Origin: the human T2T-CHM13v2.0 reference genome, Homo sapiens
Assembly (NCBI RefSeq): GCF_009914755.1
Contig: NC_060926.1
Strand: one strand, 5' to 3'
Length of the DNA: 64,000 nt
The position numbers and the translations under genes were made by a program. This document shows, in pieces, positions 1 to 14,516 of the stretch (the stretch's first letter is position 1; each line of letters opens with the position of its first letter). A model generated the notes under the pieces. It did not search any database. It saw only the letters and a program-made list of their open reading frames with translations, and had not been told where the DNA came from.

Positions 1-672
1 TTCATGAGATTCATATTCCTTTTCCTAAGAATGGGGAACAAAAACACGTCAAAAGGAAAAGCATTACTAGGCTAAAACTACTAGGAACCGCTACATTCAC
101 AAAAATCTAGACCTTTACTAGCAAGGATATAATAATAAAACAAGAGCTACATTTTACTAATTAGCGCACAGGCCAAAAAGCCTCTGAATATTTATGCTCT
201 CAGAAACCATTTTCTCATCAATTTACTTCTGTGTGATTGCTATTTGGTTACTACTGCAGGGAGCAGAATTCTTTCAAATGTTGGTTCTATGAAGCATCTT
301 TAGTGCCCTCTCTTTTAAAGTTCAAAAAGAAACAAAGTCCATTAACAGTGGAGGTCGCTAAAGATTTTAGGACTAACTTAGCATTCAGAGGATTTTTATC
401 CATTGTTTCTCTTAGCACAATTTCACATATATGATTCAGTACCTAAGTATAGCAACCAAAAAACAATTTGTGTCCTTTCTCAAATCTTAGGATAATTTAC
501 ATTAGCAGAACTAATATAAGAACCATTGATTTCCTTTTTTCCTCCAAACACTAGACCAGTTTTTTAAAGCATGAACTGCAACAAACAAGTGGTGTTCTTT
601 GACTAAGAAGCAACTAATAGTTCAGTTCTACCCCTGTGACTTAATTTTTACCTCCAGTAGCAACATGATATG

Positions 673-1040
673 TGTCAGGCCTCTGAGCCCAAGCCTGCCT
701 GTATATATCCAGATGGCCTGAGACAACTGAAGAACCACAAAAGAAGTGAAAATGGCCGGTTCCTGCCTTAACTGATGACATTACCTTGTGAAATTCCTTC
801 TCCTGGCTCAGAAGCTCTCCCACTGAGCTTCCTTGTGACCCCTGCCCCTGCCTGCAAGAGAACAACCCCCTTTGACTGTAATTTTCCACTATCTACCCAA
901 ATCCTATAAAACTGCCCCACCCCTAACTTCCTTTGCTGACTCTCTTTTCGGAATCAGCCCACCTGCACCCAGGTAATTAAAAAGCTTTATTGCTCACACA
1001 AAGCCTGTTTGGTGGTCTCTTCACATGGACACGTGTGACA
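673..1040 (+). repeat. 5' LTR (LTR7 family)
   Basis: TG...CA ends, TATAAAA box at ~905, ATTAAA poly(A) signal; about 91% identical to the 3' LTR by hand count. Confidence 0.95.
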
Positions 1041-1689
1041 TTTGGTGCTGAAGACCCGGGACAGGAGGACTCCTTTGGGAGACCAGTCCCCTGTCCTTGT
1101 CCTCACTCTGTGAGGAGATCCACCTACCACCTCGGGTCCTCAGACCAGCCCAAGGAACATCTCCCCAATTTTAAATCAGTTAAGCGGCTTCTTTTTATTC
1201 TCTTCTCTAACCTCTCTTGCTATCCCTCCACCCTTCAATCTCTCCCTTCCTTAATATTGGTTCCTTTCCTTTTCTGGTAGAGACAGAGGAGATGTGTTTT
1301 ATCCATGAACTCAAAACTCCAGCGCCGGTCACAGACTCGAGAAGACAGTCTTCCCTTGGTATCTAATCACTGTGGGGATGCCTGCCTGATTATTCTCCCA
1401 CTTTTCAGAGGTGTCTGATCACCACGGGGATGCCTGTCTTGATCCTTCACCTTAGTGGCAATTACCACTTCCCCTGGGTGACAAGTACCCACTGCCCTCT
1501 CTCCATGTCTCTACCCTCTTTTATCTAGATTTACCTTTTTACTACGGGCAATCTTCCGCCCACCATTCATCCTTCTTCTCCCTTAAGGCTAAGTGTTCTA
1601 AAAAACTTAAAACCTCTTCAACTCTCACCTGACCTAAAACCTAAGCATCTTATTTGCTTCTGCAACACCACTTGGCCCCAATACAAACT

Positions 1690-2802
1690 CGACAATGGTT
1701 CTAAATGGCCAGAAAATGGCACTTTTGAATTCCCTAGCCTACAAGATCTAGATAATTTTGTCGAAAAATGGGCAAATGGTCTGAGGTGCCTGACGTCCAG
1801 GCATTCTTTTACACATTGGTCCCTCCCTAGTCTCTACTCCCAATGCACCTCATCCCAAATCTTTCTTCTTTCTCTCCTGTCTGTTCCTTCAGTCTCCACC
1901 CCAAGCAGAGTCCTCTGAATCCTCTTTTTCTATGGGCCCATCTGACCTCTCCACTCCTCCCCAGGCTGCTTCTCACCAGGCTGAGCCAGGTCCCAATTCT
2001 TCCACAGCCTCTGCTCCCCAACCCTATAATCCTTCTATCACCTCCCCTCCTCACACCTGGTCTGGCTTACAGTTTCATTCTGGAACTAGCCCTCCCCAAC
2101 CTGCCCAATAATTTCCTCTTAGAGAGGTGGCTGGAGCTGTAGGCGTAGTCAAGGTTAATGCTCCTTTTTCTTTAGCCGACCTCTCCCAAATCAGTTAGTG
2201 TTTAGGCTCTTTTTCATCAAATATAAAAACCCAGCCCAGTTCATGGCTCATTTGGCAACAACCCTTAGACGCTTTACTGCCCTAGACCCAGAGGGGCCAG
2301 AAGGCCATCTTATTCTCAATATGCATTTTATTACCCAATCCACTCTCGACATTAGAAAAAGCTCCAAAAATTAAATTCTGGCCCTCAAACCCCACAACAG
2401 GACTTACTTAACTTTGCCTTCAAGGTGTACAATAATAAAGAAGAGGCAGCCATGTAGCAACGTATTTCTGAGTTGCAATTACTTGCCTCCACTGTGAGAG
2501 AAACCCCAGCCATATCTCTAGCACACAAGAACTTCAAAATGCCTAAACTGCAGTGGCCAGGTGTTCCTCCAGGACGTCCTCCCCCAGGATCTTGCTTCAA
2601 GTGCCGGAAATCTGGCCACTGGGCCAAGGAATGCCCACAGCCCAGGATTCCTCCTAAGCTGTGTCCCGTCTGTGAGGGACCCCACTGGAAATCAGACTGT
2701 CCTACTCACCTGGCAGCCACTCCCAGAGCCCCTGGAATGCTGGCCCAAAGCTCTCTGACTGACTCCTTCCCAGATCTTCTCAGATTAGCAGCTGAAGATT
2801 GA
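1690..2802 (+). pseudogene. Degenerate HERV-H gag
   Basis: ORF 2473..2802 has two zinc knuckles, [14 protein letters not shown] and [13 protein letters not shown]; upstream frames are broken by stops. Confidence 0.85.
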
Positions 2803-2848
2803 TGCTGCCTGATGGCCTCAGAAGCCTCCTGGACCATCACAGACGTTT

Positions 2849-5340
2849 TTGGTAACTCTTACAGTGGAGGGTAAGTCCGTTCCCTTCTTAATCAATATGG
2901 AGGCTACCCACTCCACATTACCTTCTTTTCAAGGGCCTGTTTCCCTTGCCTCCATAACTGTTGTGGGTATTGATGGCCAGGCTGCTAGACCCCTTAAAAC
3001 TCCCCACCTCTGGTGCCAATTTGGACAATATTCTCTTATGCACTCCTTTTTAGTTATCTCCCCCTGCCCAGTTCCCTTATTAGATCGAGATGTTTTAACA
3101 AAATTATCCGCTACTCTGTTCCTGGACTATAGCCACATCTAATTGCCACCCTTCTCCCCAACCCAAAGCCTCCTTCGTGTCTTCCTCTTGTATCCCCCGA
3201 CCTTAACCCACAAGTATTGGACACCTCTACTCCCTCCCTGGCAACCAATCACACGCCCATTACTATCCCATTGAAACCTAATCACCCTTACCCCACTCAA
3301 TGCTAATACCCCATCCCACAGCAGGCTTTAAAACGGTTAAAGCTTGTTATCACTCACCTGTTACAACATGGCCTCTTAAAGCCTACAAATTCTCCTTACA
3401 ACTCTCCTATCCTACCTGTCCAAAAACTGGACAAGTCTTACAGGCTGGTCCAGGATCTTCACCTTATCAACCAAATTGTCTTGCCTATCCATGCCATAGT
3501 GCCAAACCCATATACTCTCCTATCCTCAGTACCTCCCTCCACAACCCATTATTCTGTTATGGATCTCAAACATGCTTCCTTTACTATTCCTTTGCACCCT
3601 TCATCCCAGCCTCTCTTCGCTTTCACTTGGACTGACTCTGACACCCATCAGTCTCAGCAATTTATCTGGGCTGTACTGCCACAAGGCTTCAGGGACAGCC
3701 CCCATTACTTCAGTCAAGCCCTTTCTCATGATTTACTTTCTTTCCATCCATGTGCTTCTCACCTATTCAATATTTTGACCACCTTCAACTTTATAGCCCC
3801 TCCTACAAATCTTCCCAACAGGACACTCTCCTGTTCCTCCAACATCTATTCTCAAAGGGATATCGCATATCCCCCTCCAAAGCCCAGATATCTTCCTCAT
3901 CCATTACTTATCTCAGCATAATTCTTCATGAAAACACATGTGCTCTCCCTGCTGATCATGTCCGGCTAATCTCCCAAACTCCAACCCCTTCTACAAAGCA
4001 ACAACTCCTTTCCTTCCTAGGCATGGTTAGGTACTTTCACCTTTGAATACCTGGTTTTGCCATCCCAACTAAACCATTACATAAACTCACAAATGGAAAC
4101 CTGGCTGACCCCATAAATCCTAAATCCCTTCCCCACTCCCCTTTCTGTTCCTTAAAAACAGCCCTAGAAGCTGTTCCCACACTAGCTCTCCCTAACTCAT
4201 CCCAACCCTTTTTCATTACACACAGCCGAAGTGCAGGGCTGTGCGGTTAGAATTCTTACACAAGAACCAGAACCGCGCCCTGTAGTCTTTTTATCCAAAC
4301 AACTCGATCTTATTGTTTCAGGCTGGACCTCATGTCTGCGTGCGGCAGCTGCCGCTGCTTTAATACTTTTAGAGGCCCTCAAAATCACAAACTATGCTCA
4401 ACTCACTTTCTATAGTTCTCATAACTTTCAAAATCTATTTTCTTCCTCACACCTGATGCATATACTTTTTGCCCCCTGGCTCCTTCAGCTGTACTCACTC
4501 TTTGTTGAGTCTCCCACAATTACCATTGTTCCTGGCCCAGACTTCAATCCGGCCTCCCACATTATTCCTGATACCACACCTGACCCCCATGACTGTATCT
4601 CTCTGATCCACCTGGCATTCAATCCATTTGCCCAAATTTTCTTCTTTCCTGTTCCTCACCCTGATCACACTTGGTTTATTGATGGCAGTTCCACCAGGCC
4701 TAATCGCTACTCACCAGCAAAGGCAGGCTATGCTATAGTATCTTCCATATCTATCGTTGAGGCTACCACTCTACCCACCTCCACTACCTCTCAGCAAACT
4801 GAACTCATTGTGTTAACTCAGGCCCTCACTCTTTCAGAAGGACTGCGTGTCAATATTTATACTGACTCTAAATATGCCTTCCATATCCTGCACCACCATG
4901 CTGTTACATGGGCTGAAAGAGGTTTCCTCACTACGCAAGTGTCCTCCTTTATTAATGCCTCTTTAATTAAAAACTCTTCTCAAGGCCACTTTACTTCCAA
5001 AGGAAGATGGAGTACTTCACTGCAAAGGCCATCAAAGGGCCTCAGACCCCATTGCTCAGGGCAATGCTTATGCTGATAAGGTAGCTAAAGAAGCAGCTAG
5101 CGTTCCAACTTCTGTCCCTCATGGCCAGTTTTTCTGCTTCTCATCAGTCACTCCTACTTGCTCTCCCACTGAAGTTGTCCACCTATCAATCCCTTCCCAC
5201 TCAAGGCAAATGGTTCTTAGACTAAGGAAAATACCTCCTTCCAGCCTCACAGGCTCATTCCATTCTATCGTCGTTTCACAACCTCTTCTATGTAGGTCAC
5301 AAGCCACTAGCCTGCCTCTTAGAACCTCTCATTTCCTTTA
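2849..5340 (+). pseudogene. Degenerate HERV-H pro-pol (protease, RT, RNase H; integrase largely deleted)
   Basis: Fragments FLINMEATHS (protease site decayed), LPQGFRDSP, QYFDHL (decayed YxDD), WFIDGSS and NIYTDSKY (RNase H), spread over several frames. Confidence 0.9.
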
Positions 5341-5639
5341 AGACGTTTGCCCTGCATTTCACTCCATCCTTAGCTACCTTCCCCTTGTTCTTCAGACTCT
5401 CCTCCTAGCCCCTCCTCTTGCTTGCTTATACTCAGCCCCATGAATAGCAGTGAAAGGTTACTCATAGACACTATGTGCTTTCTAATACACCATAAAAATC
5501 GAACCGCCCCCTCTACCCAGTTGCCCCATCAATCCCCATTACAACCTCTAACAGCTGCTGCCCTCGCTAAATCCCTAAGAGTCTGAGTGCAAGACATCAT
5601 CTCTTTTGGTGCTCCCTCTCATCTTTTCACTTTACAGTT

Positions 5640-6192
5640 CCAGTTTTGCCTTACATAGTTCTCTTCTTCCTCTGTGGCTTCTCCACCTACATGTGTCTAC
5701 CTATCAATGGGACAGGCACATGTATGCTAGTTTTCCTTATCCCCAAAAATCAATTTGCAAATAGGACCGAACAGTGCCCTGTCCCCCTCATGACAGCAAC
5801 ACTTCACTACTATTTTGTTTTGTTTTGTTTTGTTTATTATGAATACAAGACGACAGGAATAGGCCTTGACTTACTCATTGCTGAAAAAGGAAGACTCTAC
5901 ATTTTTAAATGAAGAGTGTTGTTTTTACCTAAATCAATCTGGCCTAGTATATAACAACATAAAAAAACTCAAAGATAGAGCCCAAAAACTCACCAACCAA
6001 GCAAGTAATTACACCAAACCCCCTTGGGCACTCTCTAATTGGATGTCCTGGGTCCTCCCAATTCTTAGTCCTTTAAAACCTGTTTTTCTCCTTCTCTTAT
6101 TTGGACCTTGTGTCTTCCATTTAGTTTCCCAATTCATACAGAACCGCATCCAGGCCACATCAATCATTCTATACGACAAATGCTCCTTCTAA
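5640..6192 (+). pseudogene. HERV-H env remnant (TM subunit)
   Basis: GLDLLIAEKGRL (immunosuppressive-domain-like), EECCFYLNQSG and a hydrophobic anchor ending LLLFGPC; frameshifted, SU mostly deleted. Confidence 0.85.
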
Positions 6193-6400
6193 CAAACCCA
6201 CAATATCACCTCTTACCCCAAAATCTTTCTTCAGTTTAATCTCTCCCATTCTAGGTTCCCACACCTCCCCTAATCCTGCTCGAAGCAGCCCTGAGAGACA
6301 TCACGCATTATCTCTCCATACCACCCCCAAAAATTTTTGCCATCCCAACACTTCACCTCTATTTTGTTTTGTTTTTCCTATTAATATAAGAAGACAGGAA

Positions 6401-6765
6401 TGTCAGGCCTCTGAGCCCAAGCCTGCACTTATACATCCAGATGGCCTGAGGCAACTGAAGAACCACAAAAGAAGTGAAAATGACCGGTTCCTGCCTTAAC
6501 TGATGACATTACCTTGTGAAATTTCTTCTCCTAGCTCAAAAGCTGTCCCACTGAGCACCTTGTGACCACACCCCTGCCTGCAAAAGAACAACCCCCTTTG
6601 ACTGTAATTTTCCACTACCTACCCAAATCCTATAAAACTGCCCCACCCCTATCTTCCTTTGCTGACTCCTTTTTCAGACTCAGTCTGCCTGCACCCAGGT
6701 GATTAAAAGCTTTATTGCTCACACAAAGCATGTTTGGTGGTCTCTTCACACGGACGTGCATAACA
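6401..6765 (+). repeat. 3' LTR (LTR7 family)
   Basis: Direct repeat of 673-1040, preceded by the polypurine tract and followed by the TSD. Confidence 0.95.
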
Positions 6766-6787
6766 ATATGTATAACAAATACACCAG

Positions 6788-7215
6788 AAGACCTGGGTTC
6801 AAGTAGGAAGCTCTGCCGTTTACCAGCTGTTTAATCTTGGGCAAGTTACCTACTCATAGTAATCTTTTATTGAGCCCTTACTATATGCATCTATAGACTG
6901 CAGGCATCCTTTTGTGTGATACCACAAATTATTTTATTACATGCTATCTTATTAGTTTTATTCTTATTTTACTCCCCAACAATGCTATGAAGTAGGTTCT
7001 TTGATTATCCCCAACTGAGGCACAGAAGAATTAACTTCCCAATGACACAAAGGTGAAGCTGAGATTTGAATTGAGTACCCTGATCAAAGGCCCAGGGGTT
7101 TGATCATTAGGCTCTACTTGCTTCTCTAAGAGTTTTGATTTTTCTCATCTGGAAATGGAAATCACAGTAATTAATCTCTCAGGTTTGGTACAAGAATTGA
7201 AAGATAAGTTACATG
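6788..7215. repeat. MIR fragments (plus-strand MIR interrupted by a minus-strand MIR)
   Basis: MIR core motifs ctgggttcaa...ttgggcaagttac (+), actgaggcacaga...gatttgaa (-), then tttctcatctggaaatggaaat (+). Confidence 0.6.
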
Positions 7216-9704
7216 AAAGAAGTCATTATTGTCACTATTCTGTTTTCTCAGACTCCCAAATCAAAAGCCAGAAGAGTGTTTTTATTTCAAACCATTCCTT
7301 TGTCCCCCAAATCCAGTCTCTACCATATTCTACTACTTCCTCTTCCCAGTATCTTTAAGACTTACTCATTCTTCTCCATTTTTGTTTCTCCAATTACATT
7401 AGAGTACCCACTACTTTTTATATTATAATTTCAATAACTGTGTAATTCTTTTTCTTGCTCCAGCCTTTCCTTGCCCTGATCTAGTCTTCTGACACTATCT
7501 GATTAATATGCACAAAACTCCATATTTTTATTGCCATGGGTCATTCTTCATTGCTTATGGAATAAAGATATTCCTATATCTTCACCCTGGTATTTATGAC
7601 TCCGGGTCTCTTGGTCTAATTTTATAGATTCAAACTCATTTCCCAGTAGAATCTAATGGAATTTAGGAAAAAGGGGGCATTTCCTTAACTGTTAAGTATC
7701 TGATACGCTAGGCACTGCTTGTATTTGTGGGAAAAACAGACTTAGGTATAGATCCTATGAAGGGAAGACCAGAGGCACAAACATCAAATAAATGCATACT
7801 TAGTCAATTACAATTATAAAGGAGGGCTGGTGTAGGAGTGAAAACTAACCTGGTATAGAGGTTCAGAGAAAGTTCCCTGAAGCAAAATAAGCCCTTTACC
7901 CCCACCTTCACGAAATTGTTCATTCTCTTCCCTTCCTTACAAAACTCCCCACTCTTCTCCATGCAAATCCAAGTATCCTATTAGTTTTTTTTTGAGGACA
8001 TAGCTTAAGTCTTATTTATGCTATTAAGCTTTACCTTACTTCTCTAGCCTCCAAAAATCTTTTTTTTTCTAAAAAATCTTAGTGCATTGATGGTTCTTTG
8101 TTCCTGCTATCACACTTGATTATGTAATAGATTGCGGATTTTACAGTTACTGTAATTTGATTATCCATGTTTTTACCTAAAAATCCTGCGTTCTTTCCCT
8201 TTAGAGTCCACATGATGCTATAATAAATAAATATTTGCTTAACAAATAGCCGAGTGTTTTGGGGTGTGCACATCTGGGTGCTAGAAATCTATGTAACAAA
8301 AGCAGGGACTGGAATCACGGCTGTAATACATTGAGCAACCTTCCTAAAGCTTGCGATTAACCTAATCCCACTCTTGTTCATTTGCTTTCAGTTGTATTTG
8401 AGCTAAAATTTAATACTCTTTGCACTAACATTGCAGAAAAACTGATTGCTTATTGTTCTGGGAGTTTGGCTACATTAATACTATCTAATATTAACAAATT
8501 CCATAAAAGCCCTAACGTTAAACCTGCCTATGAAATACACTGGTCCCTGTTATTTACCTTCTGGATTATATATTTAATGCCAAATTTCCACATAAAACCA
8601 AAGATAAATCAACAAAATAAAGACCTTAAATATCAGTTCTTGGGTATATCTCTGAAAAGAATGTAACCTGCATAACAAAGTTCTATAATTTTTTTTCCCT
8701 GATTTTCAGAGCTCTGCTTATCATAAAACCTAAAAACAGCTAATTAAAGCTAACAGGATTCAGTGGAGGTAAGTCAAGTTTTCACAGGAGTTAGGTTCAA
8801 TTTTGGTCCAAAATTTTTCCAGAATAAACCATGTTAGAGCTGTGTAGAGAGGTGTATGAGAGTTTAGGTATGCCATGTGGCATCCTAATTCATTTGTTTC
8901 TCTTTGCGGTTTAAATGTCAAAGTACAACACAACTCAAATGGGAGGAATTCCAGCTGATCCACACTTATCCCAGCCCCCACACCCCCTGCAATATTACTG
9001 CTCTTGAAAAGACTATGTTCAAAACAATGATTCAATGGTAGGAAGTTCATTTGCCATAGAATCCTTCTGGGTGGTTATCACAGAGCTTCTCAAACTCCAG
9101 GAGTTCCATCTCTTCTATATCCAGAATATCTAACTTCTGCCCTTTGAACATGGTGCCCTTTCAGCAAATATGACAGAATAATAACCTGCACAAAAGGCAA
9201 CCACTCCAGATTGTATTCCCATTTTCCACTGACTTGTAAGTAAATTTGAACAGACTTCTTTAAACTTCCAGCCTTCAATTATTGTTGCACCAAATTCACT
9301 CATTTGTTCAACAAATATTTGTTGGGTGACTAAGTGCCAAGCAATATTCCAGAGAGTAATTCTGTTAGCTGTGCCAACAGCAAGGTGAGCATCTCTACAG
9401 ACATGAGTGACTCTGTTTGACAGATAGCATAGAGAGTAGAAAGAGGATATGGGAAGTAAGAACAAATTAAATCTTGCTTCAACACTTAGTAAGGACTGTC
9501 ACTAAAATCTTTGAAAGTAAATGTCTCCATCTGTAAAACAGTAATAGCTCAAAAACATTTAATGAGTGCCTCAACGTGCAGGCCCTGCTAGGTACTAGGA
9601 ATTCAGTGTGGCCCAAAGCAGATAAGGACACCGCGATGATGGGGCTGAATATCGTAAGCACGTTTATGCCCTTTGTTATTGCACCATTGAATCTTGTTAG
9701 GCTG

Positions 9705-10575
<871 letters not shown>

Positions 10576-10703
10576 TTAGGGTGGAAAACTTAACAAACTT
10601 CCTTTAGTTTACCTCCCATGCTGTAAAACACAAAATTAAATAACTCTTCACAGACTTCCAATGTTTCCATTACTACAGGATAAAATCTAGACTCCTAGTC
10701 TAG

Positions 10704-10977
<274 letters not shown>

Positions 10978-12027
10978 AAAACACTCTACTTTGGCTAGAC
11001 TAGTCTACCTATCTTTAGCCAGTTAAGCCTGAGAAGTTCTGCCTCCAAGATCTCGATCATGCCCCTTCTGCCTCTTGAAAGCCACTTCCTCTTGTTGCAT
11101 ATTCACTTTTTTTTCTTCCAAGCTTAATTTAATCCTGAAGTAATTCTCAATTACCCTAATTCGCAGCCATCTTTTCCTTTTTAAACATCCAGTAGTTTTC
11201 ATTGCCAATGCTGCCTATTTAATATTTATTTTCCTATTTGCACAATTGTTACATGTCACTATTAATCAATGAATATTTGAGTTCCCATTATGTGCAAAGT
11301 ACTGTGCCAAGATCTATATTTAACACTTTTACTTTAATTATATTTAATTTTTTGTTTTTAAAAATATATTATGGCCCATAATCTATCTTGTGTGTTTCTT
11401 CACTTTACAATTCCATCGTAAGCAACTTGAGGTCAGAACGCAGTCCTGCTCTTTACAGCCCTAGGCACATCCTTGTAGAATATAAATCTCCAGAAGCATC
11501 TTTTTTTAACCATCTCCACATAGGGCAGCAATTTCAAAATAATGAAAAGATTTTAACATTTCTCATTCTTCTGATATTTATGAAGCCATAAATGCAGTGT
11601 TATAAAGCTAGAGTGGGAAGTGCTTGTTTGCATGGACCTGGGTTCCCTGGGCATGTAACTTATCAATGAAATCATCTTGGAAAAGCACCAGTTCAGGAAA
11701 TTGTGAACACGTCCTTCTTTAGACACTGCTCCAACAGTACTCTCTGAGAGGAGGTTTGCTCCTCTTCGCACCTGTCCTAAAAACGTGTCTTCAATATAAG
11801 ACATGAAGAATGGTGTGAGACTTCTGATATCCTGGGGATTACAGTGAAAGACTGAGTGCTGAAAAGAAGAATAGGGTGCTGGCAGCCACTGAAAGCCTGC
11901 AAGCTAACTCAGGTGAAAGGCAAGTTCTTCTCCGTGATTATTCAAAGAATTAAATCCATTCTCTGGTTTGTTTTCACAGTGATGAGCTGATCTAAAATTA
12001 TTTTTAAGTTGAAAAGAAAGGAAAAAG

Positions 12028-12200
12028 TAGCTCACAAACTTGAAGTAGCATAAGAATCACCTGGCGAGTTCTTCAAAATTTAAACTCTCTGGTCCTCAAC
12101 ACCATCCCACTCACCACCACCTCCAACTCCACCTCCACCTCCAGATGCCAACTCAGAAAGCCTAGGGTAATACTCTGCCATTTGTCTATTTCAGCAAACA
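12028..12200. mobile_element. MER5-like DNA transposon remnant with a CCA/CCT run
   Basis: ctcacaaacttg...gcataagaatcacctgg resembles the MER5 terminus. Confidence 0.45.
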
Positions 12201-12998
12201 TACTTAGATCATTTTGATTGAGGTAGAGTAGCTGGGTACATCTGTTTGTAAATCCCCAAAATAGAGAAAAGACAAAGAAGAAAAATATTGATAATAGCAT
12301 GTGATTTCTGTATTATTTGCTCCTTAGTTTGCTCCATTTTCACTTCCCAAATTTCTCCTAAATTGTGTAAATCTTATTTTGGACAGTATGAAATTAGAGG
12401 GTTATGGCTAACCTTGCACTGAAAACCTTCATAGTACAAAGAGTAATTCTCTATTTTTAAAAGAAATCTGCATTTAAAAAATCTGAAAAGAAAATGGAGG
12501 ATTGAAGGAGGGGGTGTTTAAAAAGCCTAAGGAAATAGCTAGCTCTGATAGAGAAGTATACAGATTTCTTTTAGCCTCAGTTACTATTTCTCTTGGGCAA
12601 TCAAGAGATCATGAAAAAGAAGACCGAAGTGGAAGTCTTAACTCCAGAATTCCCAATCCAGCCACCAGCTCCTACTCCTTAAAACCATCTCCCACACAGC
12701 TGCAGGAACACCTTCTAAACTATTGTCTAGTCCCAATGGTCCTATTTTATTTGTTTGTACACGTGTGTGTGTGTGTGTGTGCCTATGTATGTGTGTTTGT
12801 GAGTATTTGGTACATGCATAGAAAAAAGTCCTAGCAAATGTACACTGAAATGTTAACAATGGTTCTCTTTAGAGGTTGAGATTATGCATGACTTCCATTT
12901 TTTACAGTATGCACACTCGTACCTCATTATTTAATTTTTAATAATGAGCATGTATATCTATAGTCAGAAAAATCTATAAACATTTAAAAATAAAACTA

Positions 12999-13394
<396 letters not shown>

Positions 13395-13941
13395 TCAACA
13401 AGCATCTTCCTTTTTCAGGCAAAAGAGATTCCAAATTCCTGGCACATCTAACTCTTCCACATTCTATGTCCTCACTCATGTAAGTTGCTTTCTGTAAGAA
13501 ATGCAATGACACTGGTTATCTAACTGATGAACTCCTACTCATTCTTCAAGACTCATGCTAAGTCTTAGCACTGAACTCTACGTTGGAGCTAAGGAAAAAG
13601 AAAAGTTGGTAACCCCGATCCTGTTTTTACTTTGAATATTGATATTTTGTTCATCATAAGGTTTTGTATTAATTTTGATTTTGTAAAATTCTCTCTTGAA
13701 CAATTATTGATCTTGATCACTGAGTTTTTTCAAACTCTCTAATTTTGTACTGCACTTGCCTTGGTCCCAGGCAGTTGCTGACTCCAACTTCCTTGCTTCT
13801 GTCTTGGACTTACCTCCACTGTGGAATTTTTCACATTGCAATAGTTTCTGATATACTTATTGCTCTCTTATAGGCTTGATTGCTGTGAGGGCTCATGGCT
13901 TTCTTAATTAGTGCTTAATAGATGCAACAGGCGCCCTTTAA

Positions 13942-14305
<364 letters not shown>

Positions 14306-14516
14306 CTATAACATCCCTCAAAATTTCTGAGCCTCAGTTTCCTCATCTGACAAATAATGACAAGATACTAGATTAGCTTCATGATACTCAAGGATAGATG
14401 CTATACTCTATACAAATATAGTATCATAAATAATACAGTATAGAAAATAATGTCCAACACTTTTATAGCTCTTACCATATAGCAGGCACTAATCTAAGTA
14501 TATCAAGTTTTTGTTT

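Larger units (their letters stand above)
673..6765 (+). mobile_element. HERV-H-family provirus (LTR7-type LTRs, internally deleted, defective)
   Basis: Two LTRs starting TGTCAGGCCTCTGAGCCCAAGC; perfect 5-bp TSD ATATG (668-672, 6766-6770); primer binding site after the 5' LTR; polypurine tract AAGAAGACAGGAA (6388-6400); gag/pro/pol/env remnants. Confidence 0.96.

Noticed and set aside
4231-5076. 281-aa ORF, the longest in the window
   Set aside because: It is a HERV-H RT-connection/RNase H fragment with a GTG start and a frameshifted end; there is no sign of domestication.
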